Source: Azolla caroliniana | Lineage: Eukaryota; Plantae; Polypodiophyta | Direction of reading: 5' to 3' | DNA: 42,022 bases | Assembly (NCBI GenBank): GCA_043228905.1 | Contig: JBHGNT010000271.1 | Coordinates: 1-42,022, forward strand | In this document: piece after piece, positions 1-9,908 of the stretch | How positions within the stretch are numbered: the stretch's first letter is position 1 | Layout: each line of letters begins with the position of its first letter | Made by a program: the position numbers and the translations under genes | The notes under the pieces: generated by a model | What the model was told of the DNA's origin: nothing | Database searches by the model: none | The model's input: only the letters and a program-made list of their open reading frames with translations

Positions 1-2250
1 CTGTGACATACCTTCTGGGATTGCCCCTGTTAACTGATTGTTTGATAGATTCAGGGATGTTAAAAATGTCAAACTTGTTAGCTGGATAGGAATTGTACCA
101 TTAAGCTGATTGTTTGAGAGATCCAATGATTCAAGTGCAATAACATTTCCGAGACTATTTGGAATTGGTCCTGTTAGTAGATTTCTCGATAGATTTAGGT
201 TGGTCAATCCGGTCAATGAGCCAATATCATTGGGTATGGTACCAGACAGCTTATTCCCTGACAAATCCAAAGATATGATGACATCCAAAATATACGTGTA
301 GTTCAATTGTGTACCCTTTTCATCAACATTCACATCATCATTCCATAAAGTTTGTCCTAAATTGGATTTACTGTCATTCTTCTTGAAACCCTCCAAGTTG
401 TTTATGTCAGCTGGAATCGTACCCGAGAATTGGTTGTTTGACAGGGACAAAATCTGTAACTGATTCAAATTCCAGATCCATAAGGGAAGGACATCCTCTA
501 GGTTGTTATAACTAACACTTAAAACCCTTAGATTCTTTAGTTCGCCCCATTGGTCCGGGAGAGGGCCACTGAACTGATTATGTGAAAAATCTAGTACCAC
601 CAAACTGCTCGCATTCACAAAGGAGGGAGGCAGGCTTCCATTAAAGTTGTTGTCTGCAAGTGATAATGAATGTAACTGGCGCAGAGACGTGAATTGATTT
701 GGAAACTCCCCACTCAAAGAGTTACCAAAAAGTTTTAGCCATTGCAACTGTATACAATTGACCAACTCAACTGGTAAACCACCCAAGAAATTATTCATGG
801 ACAAGTCTAGATAAAATAGCTTTGTCAGTCTTCCTAATGTGGAAGGGATGGCCCCTTGGAGCCTGTTGGATCTAACTTCAAACACTTTGAGGTTCACAAG
901 ATTTCCTAATTCAGACGGTAGGAATCCTGTGAACGCATTTTCCCCAAGGAACAGTTCAGTTAGTGTTGTCATATTTCCTAGCTTGGCTAGAATGTTCCCA
1001 CTCAAGTTATTGCTACGGACAATGAAGCTACTTAAGTTGTGAAGTTTAGTTATCTCAATGGGCACTTCACCAATGAACTTATTGGAAAAGAGGTTCAACA
1101 CTTCCAAGCTTTGCATGTCTCCGATCTCTCGAGGCAACTCTCCAGAAAGCTGGTTCGACTGAGCATATAGGTATAGGAGGTTAGTGAGGTTTCCTATCTC
1201 CTTGGGGAGGCTTCCATTCAAATGATTGTCCGATATGGATAATCTTTGTAGCTTTTTGAGCTTGCCAATCACTGCCGGTATTGGTCCAGATAGAGCATTC
1301 GAAGAGAGATCGAGCTCTTCCAAGCTTATCATGTCTCCGATCTCCCAAGGCAACTCGCCAGAAAGCTGGTTGTTCTGAGCATATAGGTATTGGAGGTTAG
1401 TGAGGTTTCCAATCTCCTTGGGGAGACTTCCATTGAGATTGTTTTGAAATATGTTCAACGTCTCAAGGCTATGAAGGCGGCCGAGTTCTGCTGGGATCAC
1501 CCCACTAAGCCTGTTCATAATGAGGTAAAGTACAAGGAGCTTCGTGAGCTTACCGAGCTCAGGCGGTATGCTTCCAATCAAGTCATTTTGACCCAAATAC
1601 ATATACCTTAGATTGGTAAGGTTTCCAAGCTCAGGGGGTATGGTACCCGTCAAATTCGGCAGGTTGTGGAGTCGAAGTATATCAAGGGTAGTGAGACGGC
1701 CGAGGGAAGGTGGGATTGACCCAACCACATCACTATTCAAACTGAAATCGAGCGAAATGAGGGATTTACAATTGCTAATTGAAGAAGGTATGGGTCCAGA
1801 TAGCAAATTCTGAAAGAAATCTAGATGGTTTAGTGATGACAATTGGCCTAACTGTTCAGGTATGGGCCCTGTGAAGCTATTGAGGGAGAGGTTAAGGTAT
1901 GTTAGGAAGGTGAGGTTGGAGAGGTAAGGGGATATAGTTCCTGTAAGGTTGCTTTGCCTGAGGTCTAATGAGGTCACTCTGCTGGTTCCATTCTGATTTG
2001 TGCTGTTATTATTGTTGCAAGTGACCCCTGCCCAACTGCTGTTGCAAGGGAATGAATGAGGTGAAGAGCTCCATGAGCTTAACACACGAAGTGGGTCACC
2101 ATTGATGCTGGCTTTGAAGCTCAGTAGAGCTTCTTTGTCTATGGTTTCTTCCTCATCTATGGACAATGTGCACAGGAATGGGCATGAAACAATGAGGAAT
2201 AGGAAGAACAGGGGAGATGTGGAGGTACCTGGGAAAACTGAACCAGCCAT
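1..2250 (-). CDS. LRR receptor-like protein/kinase ectodomain with island domain (3' part outside the window)
   Basis: Manual translation from ATG at 2250 is open for 750 codons to the window edge. It reads MAGSVFPGTSTSPLFFLFLIVSCPFLCTLS (signal peptide), then LRRNT (DKEALLSFK..DP..LSSW..C..WAGVTC), about 22 plant LRRs (LxxLxLxxNxLxGxIPxxLGxL), an island (..DEKGTQLNYTYILDV) and 4 more LRRs. TM and kinase domains are not visible. Confidence 0.95.
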   Translation of the reverse strand, partial: MAGSVFPGTSTSPLFFLFLIVSCPFLCTLSIDEEETIDKEALLSFKASINGDPLRVLSSWSSSPHSFPCNSSWAGVTCNNNNSTNQNGTSRVTSLDLRQSNLTGTISPYLSNLTFLTYLNLSLNSFTGPIPEQLGQLSSLNHLDFFQNLLSGPIPSSISNCKSLISLDFSLNSDVVGSIPPSLGRLTTLDILRLHNLPNLTGTIPPELGNLTNLRYMYLGQNDLIGSIPPELGKLTKLLVLYLIMNRLSGVIPAELGRLHSLETLNIFQNNLNGSLPKEIGNLTNLQYLYAQNNQLSGELPWEIGDMISLEELDLSSNALSGPIPAVIGKLKKLQRLSISDNHLNGSLPKEIGNLTNLLYLYAQSNQLSGELPREIGDMQSLEVLNLFSNKFIGEVPIEITKLHNLSSFIVRSNNLSGNILAKLGNMTTLTELFLGENAFTGFLPSELGNLVNLKVFEVRSNRLQGAIPSTLGRLTKLFYLDLSMNNFLGGLPVELVNCIQLQWLKLFGNSLSGEFPNQFTSLRQLHSLSLADNNFNGSLPPSFVNASSLVVLDFSHNQFSGPLPDQWGELKNLRVLSVSYNNLEDVLPLWIWNLNQLQILSLSNNQFSGTIPADINNLEGFKKNDSKSNLGQTLWNDDVNVDEKGTQLNYTYILDVIISLDLSGNKLSGTIPNDIGSLTGLTNLNLSRNLLTGPIPNSLGNVIALESLDLSNNQLNGTIPIQLTSLTFLTSLNLSNNQLTGAIPEGMSQ
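1101..1437 (-). repeat. Intragenic LRR duplication at a 216-bp (3-LRR) offset
   Basis: 1101-1221 and 1317-1437 are near-identical: LNGSLPKEIGNLTNL(Q/L)YLYAQ(N/S)NQLSGELP(W/R)EIGDM. Confidence 0.9.
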
Positions 2251-2574
2251 GATCTAATCTGAAATCTTCTGCTGCTTCTTCTTCTTCTCCTTCAAATCCT
2301 TAATATATATTTCCTGTGTGCATGCATGTTTCTCTCATGATCAGCTGTGTCTATCTACTACAGTGACAGTGATTTTTGCAGTTTTTTTCTGTATAAATAA
2401 ATACGTATAGATGATGCATTAGTCAAGCAGACTCCTTCAGTATTGAATGGTCAAGTATGAAGCAGTTTTGAACATGTGATGTGAAGTCTTTTGCTTTGGG
2501 TGTTTAACTCTTTGTAATGCCCAAGAGCCAGATAAACACATAGATCAGATAGGCCGACAGATAGACCAAAGACC

Positions 2575-2731
2575 AATTTTGTTCTATGAGACCTGCGGGG
2601 CCTAGCTCATGGCGAGTTTGACAATTTTGTTCTATGAGACGGGGCCTAGCCCATGGCGAGAATCAAACTCAGGTTCTCTCAATTTTATGAGTTTTTGATG
2701 GTATAGTGTAAACCACCAAGCCACCGGCATT
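2575..2731 (-). mobile_element. Candidate tRNA-derived SINE
   Basis: Minus strand has A-box-like TGGCTTGGTGG (2723-2713) and B-box-like GAGTTTGATTC (2670-2660) about 42 nt apart, followed by a ~45-bp duplicated tail (caattttgttctatgagac..ggggcctagc.catggcgag x2). Confidence 0.5.
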
Positions 2732-4685
2732 AGAGGGAGAAAGAGTTACTTGTGTCTTCTTGGTTATTATGTTGGCCTAGAAAAGGAGAGATTACACTAT
2801 CCGTTTAATTGATTGCTTGGTTTGGGGGTCAAAGAGGTGGCAAATATAGTTGAGGCCCGATCTCAAAGAATTTGGGAGTTTGTTGAGGTATCACAATGCA
2901 TCTTGCCTAATTATGGGCTTATCGGTGGCATGGAAGGTTTTTTTTACATTAATTTATGTTTCAAGGTATACAATCTTGGACAATAATAGTGGCATTCTTT
3001 ATTTGAAAAACAAATATCAAACTAGGAAACATTAAAATCTTAGACAAATTAGTCGAATGTGGTGAATTCCAAAAGACAAATGAAGAAGTTTCAAGGGTCT
3101 TTGAAGTGTGAATCATGGCATCATAACTTAGTAGTTCTGTTGAATTTCATGCAGTCTCATCCTTCTCTACACATGGTGTGGTTAGATAGGGCAACATTGA
3201 GGCTGGTTAGATAGGGTAGTGTGGAGGGTGAAAAATGCCTAAATACCATGTTTATGATATGTTAAGGTTATGGTGGAAGACATAATTGAAAGGAGATAAG
3301 AGGGTTGAGAGTCAAGCAAGAGCCAATCACTTAGGTGAATGGTTTACATCTCATTAGGGGCAAGAGGAGGGAAAAGGCAGGTCTATATAATGCACAAGAT
3401 ATATAAGCATGCCATTAAATTAGGAAGTTTAAATGGTTGTAGGAGGAATGGAGCTCATTGTCAGGGATTGTCATTTTTTTATTCAATCGCATAGGCTTCG
3501 TCGAGCAAGGGGATGTGTCATCAATGATTCAATTGTAGATACATCATGCCTACTTCAAGAATGCTCTTCCATAATTTTCTTTCGTTAATCTTTATTTCTC
3601 CCACCCCATGTCACCCAGTTGATTGTTGTAAAGAACTTAGTTGTATCTTGTCATTGAGCCTTTGAGAGATTACTATGGATCGTTGGGAGCATTACCCTCT
3701 TTACGTATTGAATTTTATGTATTTAAAGAAAGCTTATAATTTGTTCTTTGAGATTCATGATCAAACATGGACCGCCACATTACATCTGGTTAGAAAATCT
3801 AAGCATTGAATGCAAACTTGCGCAAAAAGTTGCTTTATTTTGGTGATCTTCACATTGAGGTGATCAATGCACCATTGTTTAGTGGGTTGCCCTTTGACAG
3901 AAGGGTGTTGATCCACTAGACCAACCTTGAGCGAAGGGATCGAGATGGATCCGAGCCTTGTCCCATACCACTGTTATGGCTTCAAGTGATACCTAGTACT
4001 AGCACACACTCGCCACAATAGTCTGATCACCATAAGATCACAATGTTGATGTAGTTGAATAATGTGTCAAATGAGGATAGTTAAGCTTCATATTTATAGC
4101 TAGACCCACGACCCCCAAGCAAGTTCACACAATCCAACCTTCTTTACATTCTCAAATAACCTCACACTCTTATCTTCGTGTGTAGAAAACTATGATTTTA
4201 ACTATCACGAGATAAGTTATGGTTATGCCTATGTAGAAAAGCTCCACTTTAATGTGATGAAACTAAGATCCGTTGATTGGGTTATCCTTGGTTTATAATA
4301 AAAAATCGTGGATCAATTTGATTAACCATCCTAGCACATTCGCACTATAAAGTGTTACACACGTTATTCGATGTACAACACATCCTTCAAAATCACGTGT
4401 CTCTTCGATATGAGTGTTTTATGTTCTTTCGATGATTATTGTTGAGTGATTAATCTTGTGCCTCAATATTATCATTTTAATGTTGACGTGAATCAAATAC
4501 CTTTTATAAACAAAGAGAACATGATTCAATCATAAAATATGTCAACAATGTTTTTCCTTCGGAACTACCACCTATAGACAATGTGGACCATAAAATAGAT
4601 TTTATATTAGTTTTTGTTTCTATGAGAATCCACCATATTGATTAAGTCAACTTGAAGAGGATAAGATCCAACACAACTTGTGGAT

Positions 4686-5473
4686 CAGGGCCTGAATTTG
4701 ACGGGTTAGTATAAAAGTTTTTTGATGGGCATTTTTTAAAGATGTATGTCATATGACACAAGAGTGCAAAAACTAACATGTCATTTGACATACAATTTTT
4801 AATAATGAAAGTTCTATATGATGTTTCATTGTTATACATTTCATTACTATAGAAAGTGCACAAAGATGCACAAATAAACATAGCTACCTAACAAAGATAA
4901 AGAAATACATAAAATTAATATCATGTTAATGTTTTTACTAATAAGTATGAAAAAAAAGTTAGTTTTAACTTAAAATTTTATGTAAGTAAAAAAATTTAGT
5001 TTTAACTTAAAACTTAAAACATTAAAATCAAACCTAGAGTTATACACTCTTAAAGTATGCATTTAATAAAGGTTATTGTTTAAAATTTCAATCAAATTTC
5101 AACTAATATTATTAGTAAAGAAATTAAGAATAAATATTTGAGAATATATACCATTATTTCATGATAATGATATTATTTTAAGCGTGCTATAAAAAACATA
5201 TAATTTTTTGGAATTTTTTTATATAATATTAATATATTATAATACACACTTCATATGTATAATAATTGACATATGTATATGTATATAATATATATGACAT
5301 GGAAAATAGAATTTTAACATGTCATTTGACATGCATAATTTGTAGGGGCCTTTCGCATGAAAAATGGATATTTAAACTTTATATGTCACTTGAGGGGCAT
5401 TTTTATTATGTTTATGTTTTTTACGAGCAAAATGACCTTCGACGGGCATGACACCCGTCAAATTCCTGCCCTG
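4686..5473. mobile_element. Non-autonomous hAT-type DNA transposon (MITE), 788 bp
   Basis: TIRs CAGGGCCTGAATTTGACGGG / CCCGTCAAATTCCTGCCCTG match 18/20. Perfect 8-bp TSD TTGTGGAT at 4678-4685 and 5474-5481. Interior is AT-rich and non-coding. Confidence 0.93.
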
Positions 5474-5814
5474 TTGTGGATTACGTAAGGATAGGTCACA
5501 TTCGTCATATTAAATATTCCTTAAAGATTGGTCATAGACAAAAGAAGGAACACAACAAACATGTGTTAGTTATTGTACTTTTAAATAAAGTGATTATAAA
5601 ATATTTGTATCCATTGCCATGTGCTAGTGAACTGGAAATCTCACACATAGATTTACCAAAGAAAGATTGGTGATAGAAAAAATAAATTTTTGTCCTTTTC
5701 AAATTTATCTCCCCTATTACATTCAAACGACACATTTATATAGTGTCTATATCCCCTAATGGATCTTTAATAAATTCAATGTACTTTCCATAGTTTCTAC
5801 ATATAGAAAACTTG

Positions 5815-5975
5815 CATGTGTTATTCATGTGCCAAAACCATGGTTTTAACCCATGGTTTTGTGCATATTATATTTATAATAGTTTTTTGCTTTGATATTA
5901 GATAATATTAAGTAAACTACTGTAGTGTTAGTTGCATATGTTGTTATGGTGGAGGTCACAAGTTAAAAACCTCTT
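5815..5975. repeat. AAAACCATGGTTTT palindrome module resembling part of the element B LTR
   Basis: gccaaaaccatggttttaacccatggttttgtgca resembles gcacaaaaccatgggctaaaaccatggttttgtgca near 21460. A very degenerate A/B-box-like stretch follows. Confidence 0.45.
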
Positions 5976-6086
5976 CATATATTGTGGAGTAGTATTTTAA
6001 AATAGACAAAATCCTTCATTTGGCGGTGATTTCACGTCGTGCGCCTGCAGCCTTGGCAACATGACAACATGACAACATGACAACAA

Positions 6087-6710
6087 TGCTCGATTCTTTA
6101 CCAACATTGAACTACGAAGTGGCTACCATCAAATAAGAATTATTAAGAATGATATTCCTAAACCGACATTTAGTACGCATTGTGGCCATAGTGAATTTTT
6201 AATCATGCCATTTGGCATGATCAGTAATGATGCAATGACTTTTCAACAATAAATGAATGACACTTTTCTAGGTTAACTTGGTCATGTTGTCACCATTTTC
6301 TTAGGTGATATTCTCATTTATAACATTACGCTCATGTTCATTTTTTAATCCCTACATTGTGAGACCAACATTTTATACATGAGAATGTTGAAATGTTGTT
6401 TATTCAAAAGATCAATAAACTACTGAGGACATTTAATTAACAACTAGGTGTTTAAATTGATCCTTCTCGGCCAGAGTGAGGGTTGCTGAATTTTTGGTGG
6501 TCTATGATGTAATTGTTTGCTAACTAATGCGAAGTAGTGTTTTTTTTGGAAAAAAAAATTTGATCCTTCTCAAACAAAGAAGTGAGACTTTGGCACATTA
6601 TGTACTCATACTACATATTTGAGAGCTTCTTTCATGTCTTGGTTTTGTTCGTTTTTTGTTAAAGTCAATTCCTAAATTTTCACCTTTGACAACGCCATTT
6701 ATTGATCTTC
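6087..6710 (+). pseudogene. Heavily decayed Ty3/Gypsy reverse transcriptase fragment
   Basis: Reads ARFFTNIELRSGYHQIRI..DIPKPTF.T..GH.EFLIMPFG, matching the Gypsy RT consensus FSKIDLRSGYHQIRI..MPFG. Frameshifted afterwards; right boundary approximate. Confidence 0.75.
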
Positions 6711-6712
6711 TT

Positions 6713-7690
6713 TTAAAAGGTTAAAAACAATTGTCCAATTAGATAATTTCCAACATCTATAAGTCTTGTCCATTCAATTTCGAAGGTAATTATATCTTCA
6801 TCTTCCAAGGTTTGCTTGTTGGGTGCAATGGCATCTATAATTCTCTTGAGCATGCATTTACCCTTGCTCATCCTCCATATTCTTGCCTTTTGAGTGCCCA
6901 CATCATTAGACAAAAATCTCTTCCAGTCCACTAACGCATTCTCTTGGTCATTGATTAAGTTGCCCCATTTGAAGCCTGCTTTTTGTCCTATCATCAGCCC
7001 ATCCACATCTTTGAGCAGTGGGTTCCACACAATTGGCATGTACATCCGGGCATATGCATCATTTCTCCACCTACAAGTGAGTCCCTTTCTTATTCCCTAC
7101 GACGCCTTCATAATTCCAGTCCCACATATACTTTGCATACATCCCAATATTTGGGTCGCATTTTTGGCATAAAACCCCAAAAAGGACTGCTTAGCCAGCT
7201 TCCACCTTGTCTCGGCAACCACATCTTCCATTTATGTCTCTATAGAATTTTCCAAGGTGCCTCAAGTGGTTGCAAGCTCCTGACCACCAATTGTCCTAGC
7301 AAGACCTTCGTTTGCACCACGGGATCTATCAATCCCACCCCGCCGTCACTATTTTCTTTTATAAGTGTGGTCCATGCAACTTTTGCACGATCATTGTCTG
7401 TACCGATTTTGGAACCCAAGTATCTAGTAGCTTCTCCTCTCCTCAACCATTTGAAATTGGGGTTCAAAGCCCAATTTAACATAGGCTTATTACTAATCCA
7501 AATGCCCATTGATTTATTCCAATTTATTTTAGCACATGAGACCCTATAGAACACATCCATTGCACTTTGTAGTTTATCCAAGTTGTTTGCATCACCCTTA
7601 ACTTTAGTGGTTGTATCATTGACATATTCTGTATCAAGCAACATTCCTGCATCATCGGGTAGGAGAAGGCCTTGTATTTGCCAAGATTAT
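6713..7690 (-). mobile_element. L1-clade LINE ORF2 fragment (RT C-terminal region)
   Basis: EYVNDTT (decayed YADD), AKINWNKS, RYLG and GGVGLID motifs in ORFs 7240..7644 and 6713..7045. Confidence 0.8.
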
Positions 7691-7709
7691 CAACAATTTT
7701 TTGTTTAAC

Positions 7710-8480
7710 TTAAGAAACTTAACTTGAAATTAGTTAGTTGTTCAATTTCGTCGATCTCGCAAATCTAGCTTAATGGTGGCAATTTGTCTAGGGCTCCAAA
7801 TTTATTAGTGTCAACTAAGCACAGGGGTTGTGCTTGTTATTAGATCTATCATAACAACCATGCAAAACATATGTCCATGTCCCTAAAGTCATTCGTCCCT
7901 TACGAGGATTTGCGACATATCAAGCCTTTCTCACCATTGATAATGAAACACCAAGTTGTTAGTTTTGTGACAACAACAAAATATAGCTCATGAACTTTCG
8001 GTGAAGGGGAAACCTAGTATTCCTTTGGAGGGATTTGCATTCTCAAAGTTTTTAAATTGTATAATATCAATTTAGTTATAGGGAGTTCTCCTCCAAGTAA
8101 CTTCAAGAATTTTTTGGACACATTCATAGTAATGAAAGCAATCAAGGAAACAAAATGAAATTTGACCTTTTTTATCATTTCAAGAAATCTTCACTTAGTA
8201 TCAATCATTTGTTCAATCTCTCAAATCCTACTTACCACTAACAATGTCTAGAGAGTTCCAAACTTAGTTGTTGCATCTAAACACCAGGGTGCATGTTAGG
8301 CACAAACTAATGACAAATATGCACCACCCATGTCTTCATTCCAAAAGGCATTCCTCCTTTTTGAGAAGATTCATGACATGTCAAGCCGTGATAAGGTTCT
8401 TCATGTTGCATCAATTAAACCATATAAGCTCCATTGCACACCATGCTAGTAGTCTTGTGACAACAAAAATAAATATAATA
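7710..8480. repeat. Degenerate tandem duplication, unit about 480 bp, origin unknown
   Basis: ~7710-7985 and ~8190-8475 share colinear blocks (tgtctag..ccaaa, gacat.tcaagcc, ttgtgacaaca). Confidence 0.5.
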
Positions 8481-9908
8481 ATACAGATGAAACCTATATA
8501 ATGCTTAATCCTTTCCCTTCAAATTTGAGTTGTTAAAAATATATATGCCAATGGCCTGCAAATTAGAGTGCGATATTCAATAGCAAAGACTTGCTAACAT
8601 TATGATTTTGTAAATATTAAGAGCTTCAAAGATATTAAATATTGTTCGAGTGTTATGCACTAAGTGACAATGATATGTATTTCATAGCAATGAGTGCATT
8701 GTTTGAAGAAGTAGATTTGCAGAAATCATAGATATGGAGATGGGACATATCACCCCATGCATTAACTTCATCATCAATCAACTAGAGTAGTTGGAATTCT
8801 TTATTATGAAATTGACGTGATGAGAGATATCAATGAACATAATTTGCAACCTCAAGGGCACCAAGAGAAGTAGAATTGAGAAGTCTTTGTTGAGCTTTTG
8901 AGGATATTTCTATCATGATATTATCTTAACTAAAGAGGACGAATACAAAAATCTTATAGTTAGTATAGTGAAAGAAACATTGTGATGATCAAATTCTTTG
9001 ACATAGAGAAATCAATAGGAAGTCACACAACCTTGTCGTCATGCCAAGGCCAAACAATATGGAGAGGATCACCACTTGATTTAGAAAAAGTTTGTTGGGT
9101 AAAGCTATATTATAACATATACCATCGATTGTCTTATTTTGTATTTTTTTGGAAAGGAAAAACTGATATTTGGGTGGGCAATTTGGCCAATCCACTTAGT
9201 TGGGTTCAATTTGTAAGGAAAACAAGTCATGTTAGAATTTGGATATCTAATATTTGTGAACATAGAAAAATCTAATACATTTAAGGACTTTGAAGAGAAA
9301 AGTTCTTACTTTTCTTTGGACATTTTGTCGTGTTTTATTAGTGTTTTTTTCTCCCATTTGTCTGCTTTCTCATTATATGTTTTGGAGACATTTTTCTAAT
9401 GAAGTTTTGCAATTTTGTTATACTTTTATGTATATATAGATTTCGTTGACAAGATATTGGGTAGAAATTGAAGGGATTTGTTTCACTTAACACTAAACAC
9501 TGCTCTTTGGTCTGAATACTTTCTCAATACACAGATAGCTTACCGAAATCGAAAATAGTTTCTTCAACATATCTTGATTCAAAGATTTTAATTTTAATTG
9601 TACTCTTTTAATAACGTGAATAATGTTTCTCTACGAGAATAGTGTAAAGCTCATTATTCTCAAATACTTATCCATCTTTATTTTTTGTATAAAGCAAAAT
9701 GTCACATCATTGTTATTGTGAAAGTAATTCTTATTACTAGCATCATGAGAACATTGATAAAATAGAAAAGCAAAGTGCCATCAATGAAAGTTTTACTTGT
9801 AAAAACCCATAAAGCATAGACACAAACACAAAGTTTTGGTGGTGTGCGAAATAAGTTTTCTTAGGTTTTAAAGAATCATTAAGTGCATCAATTGTTTACG
9901 CATGTTAC

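Noticed and set aside
110-1813. Short plus-strand ORFs in the ORF track
   Set aside because: They are antisense shadows of the minus-strand LRR gene.
3960-4380. Possible minus-strand LTR remnant (TG..CA, TATA, followed by TGGTATGGGAC)
   Set aside because: No partner LTR, TSD or recognisable tRNA match.
8982-9275. 97-aa ORF as a host gene
   Set aside because: No recognisable domain, non-ATG start and a decayed AT-rich context.
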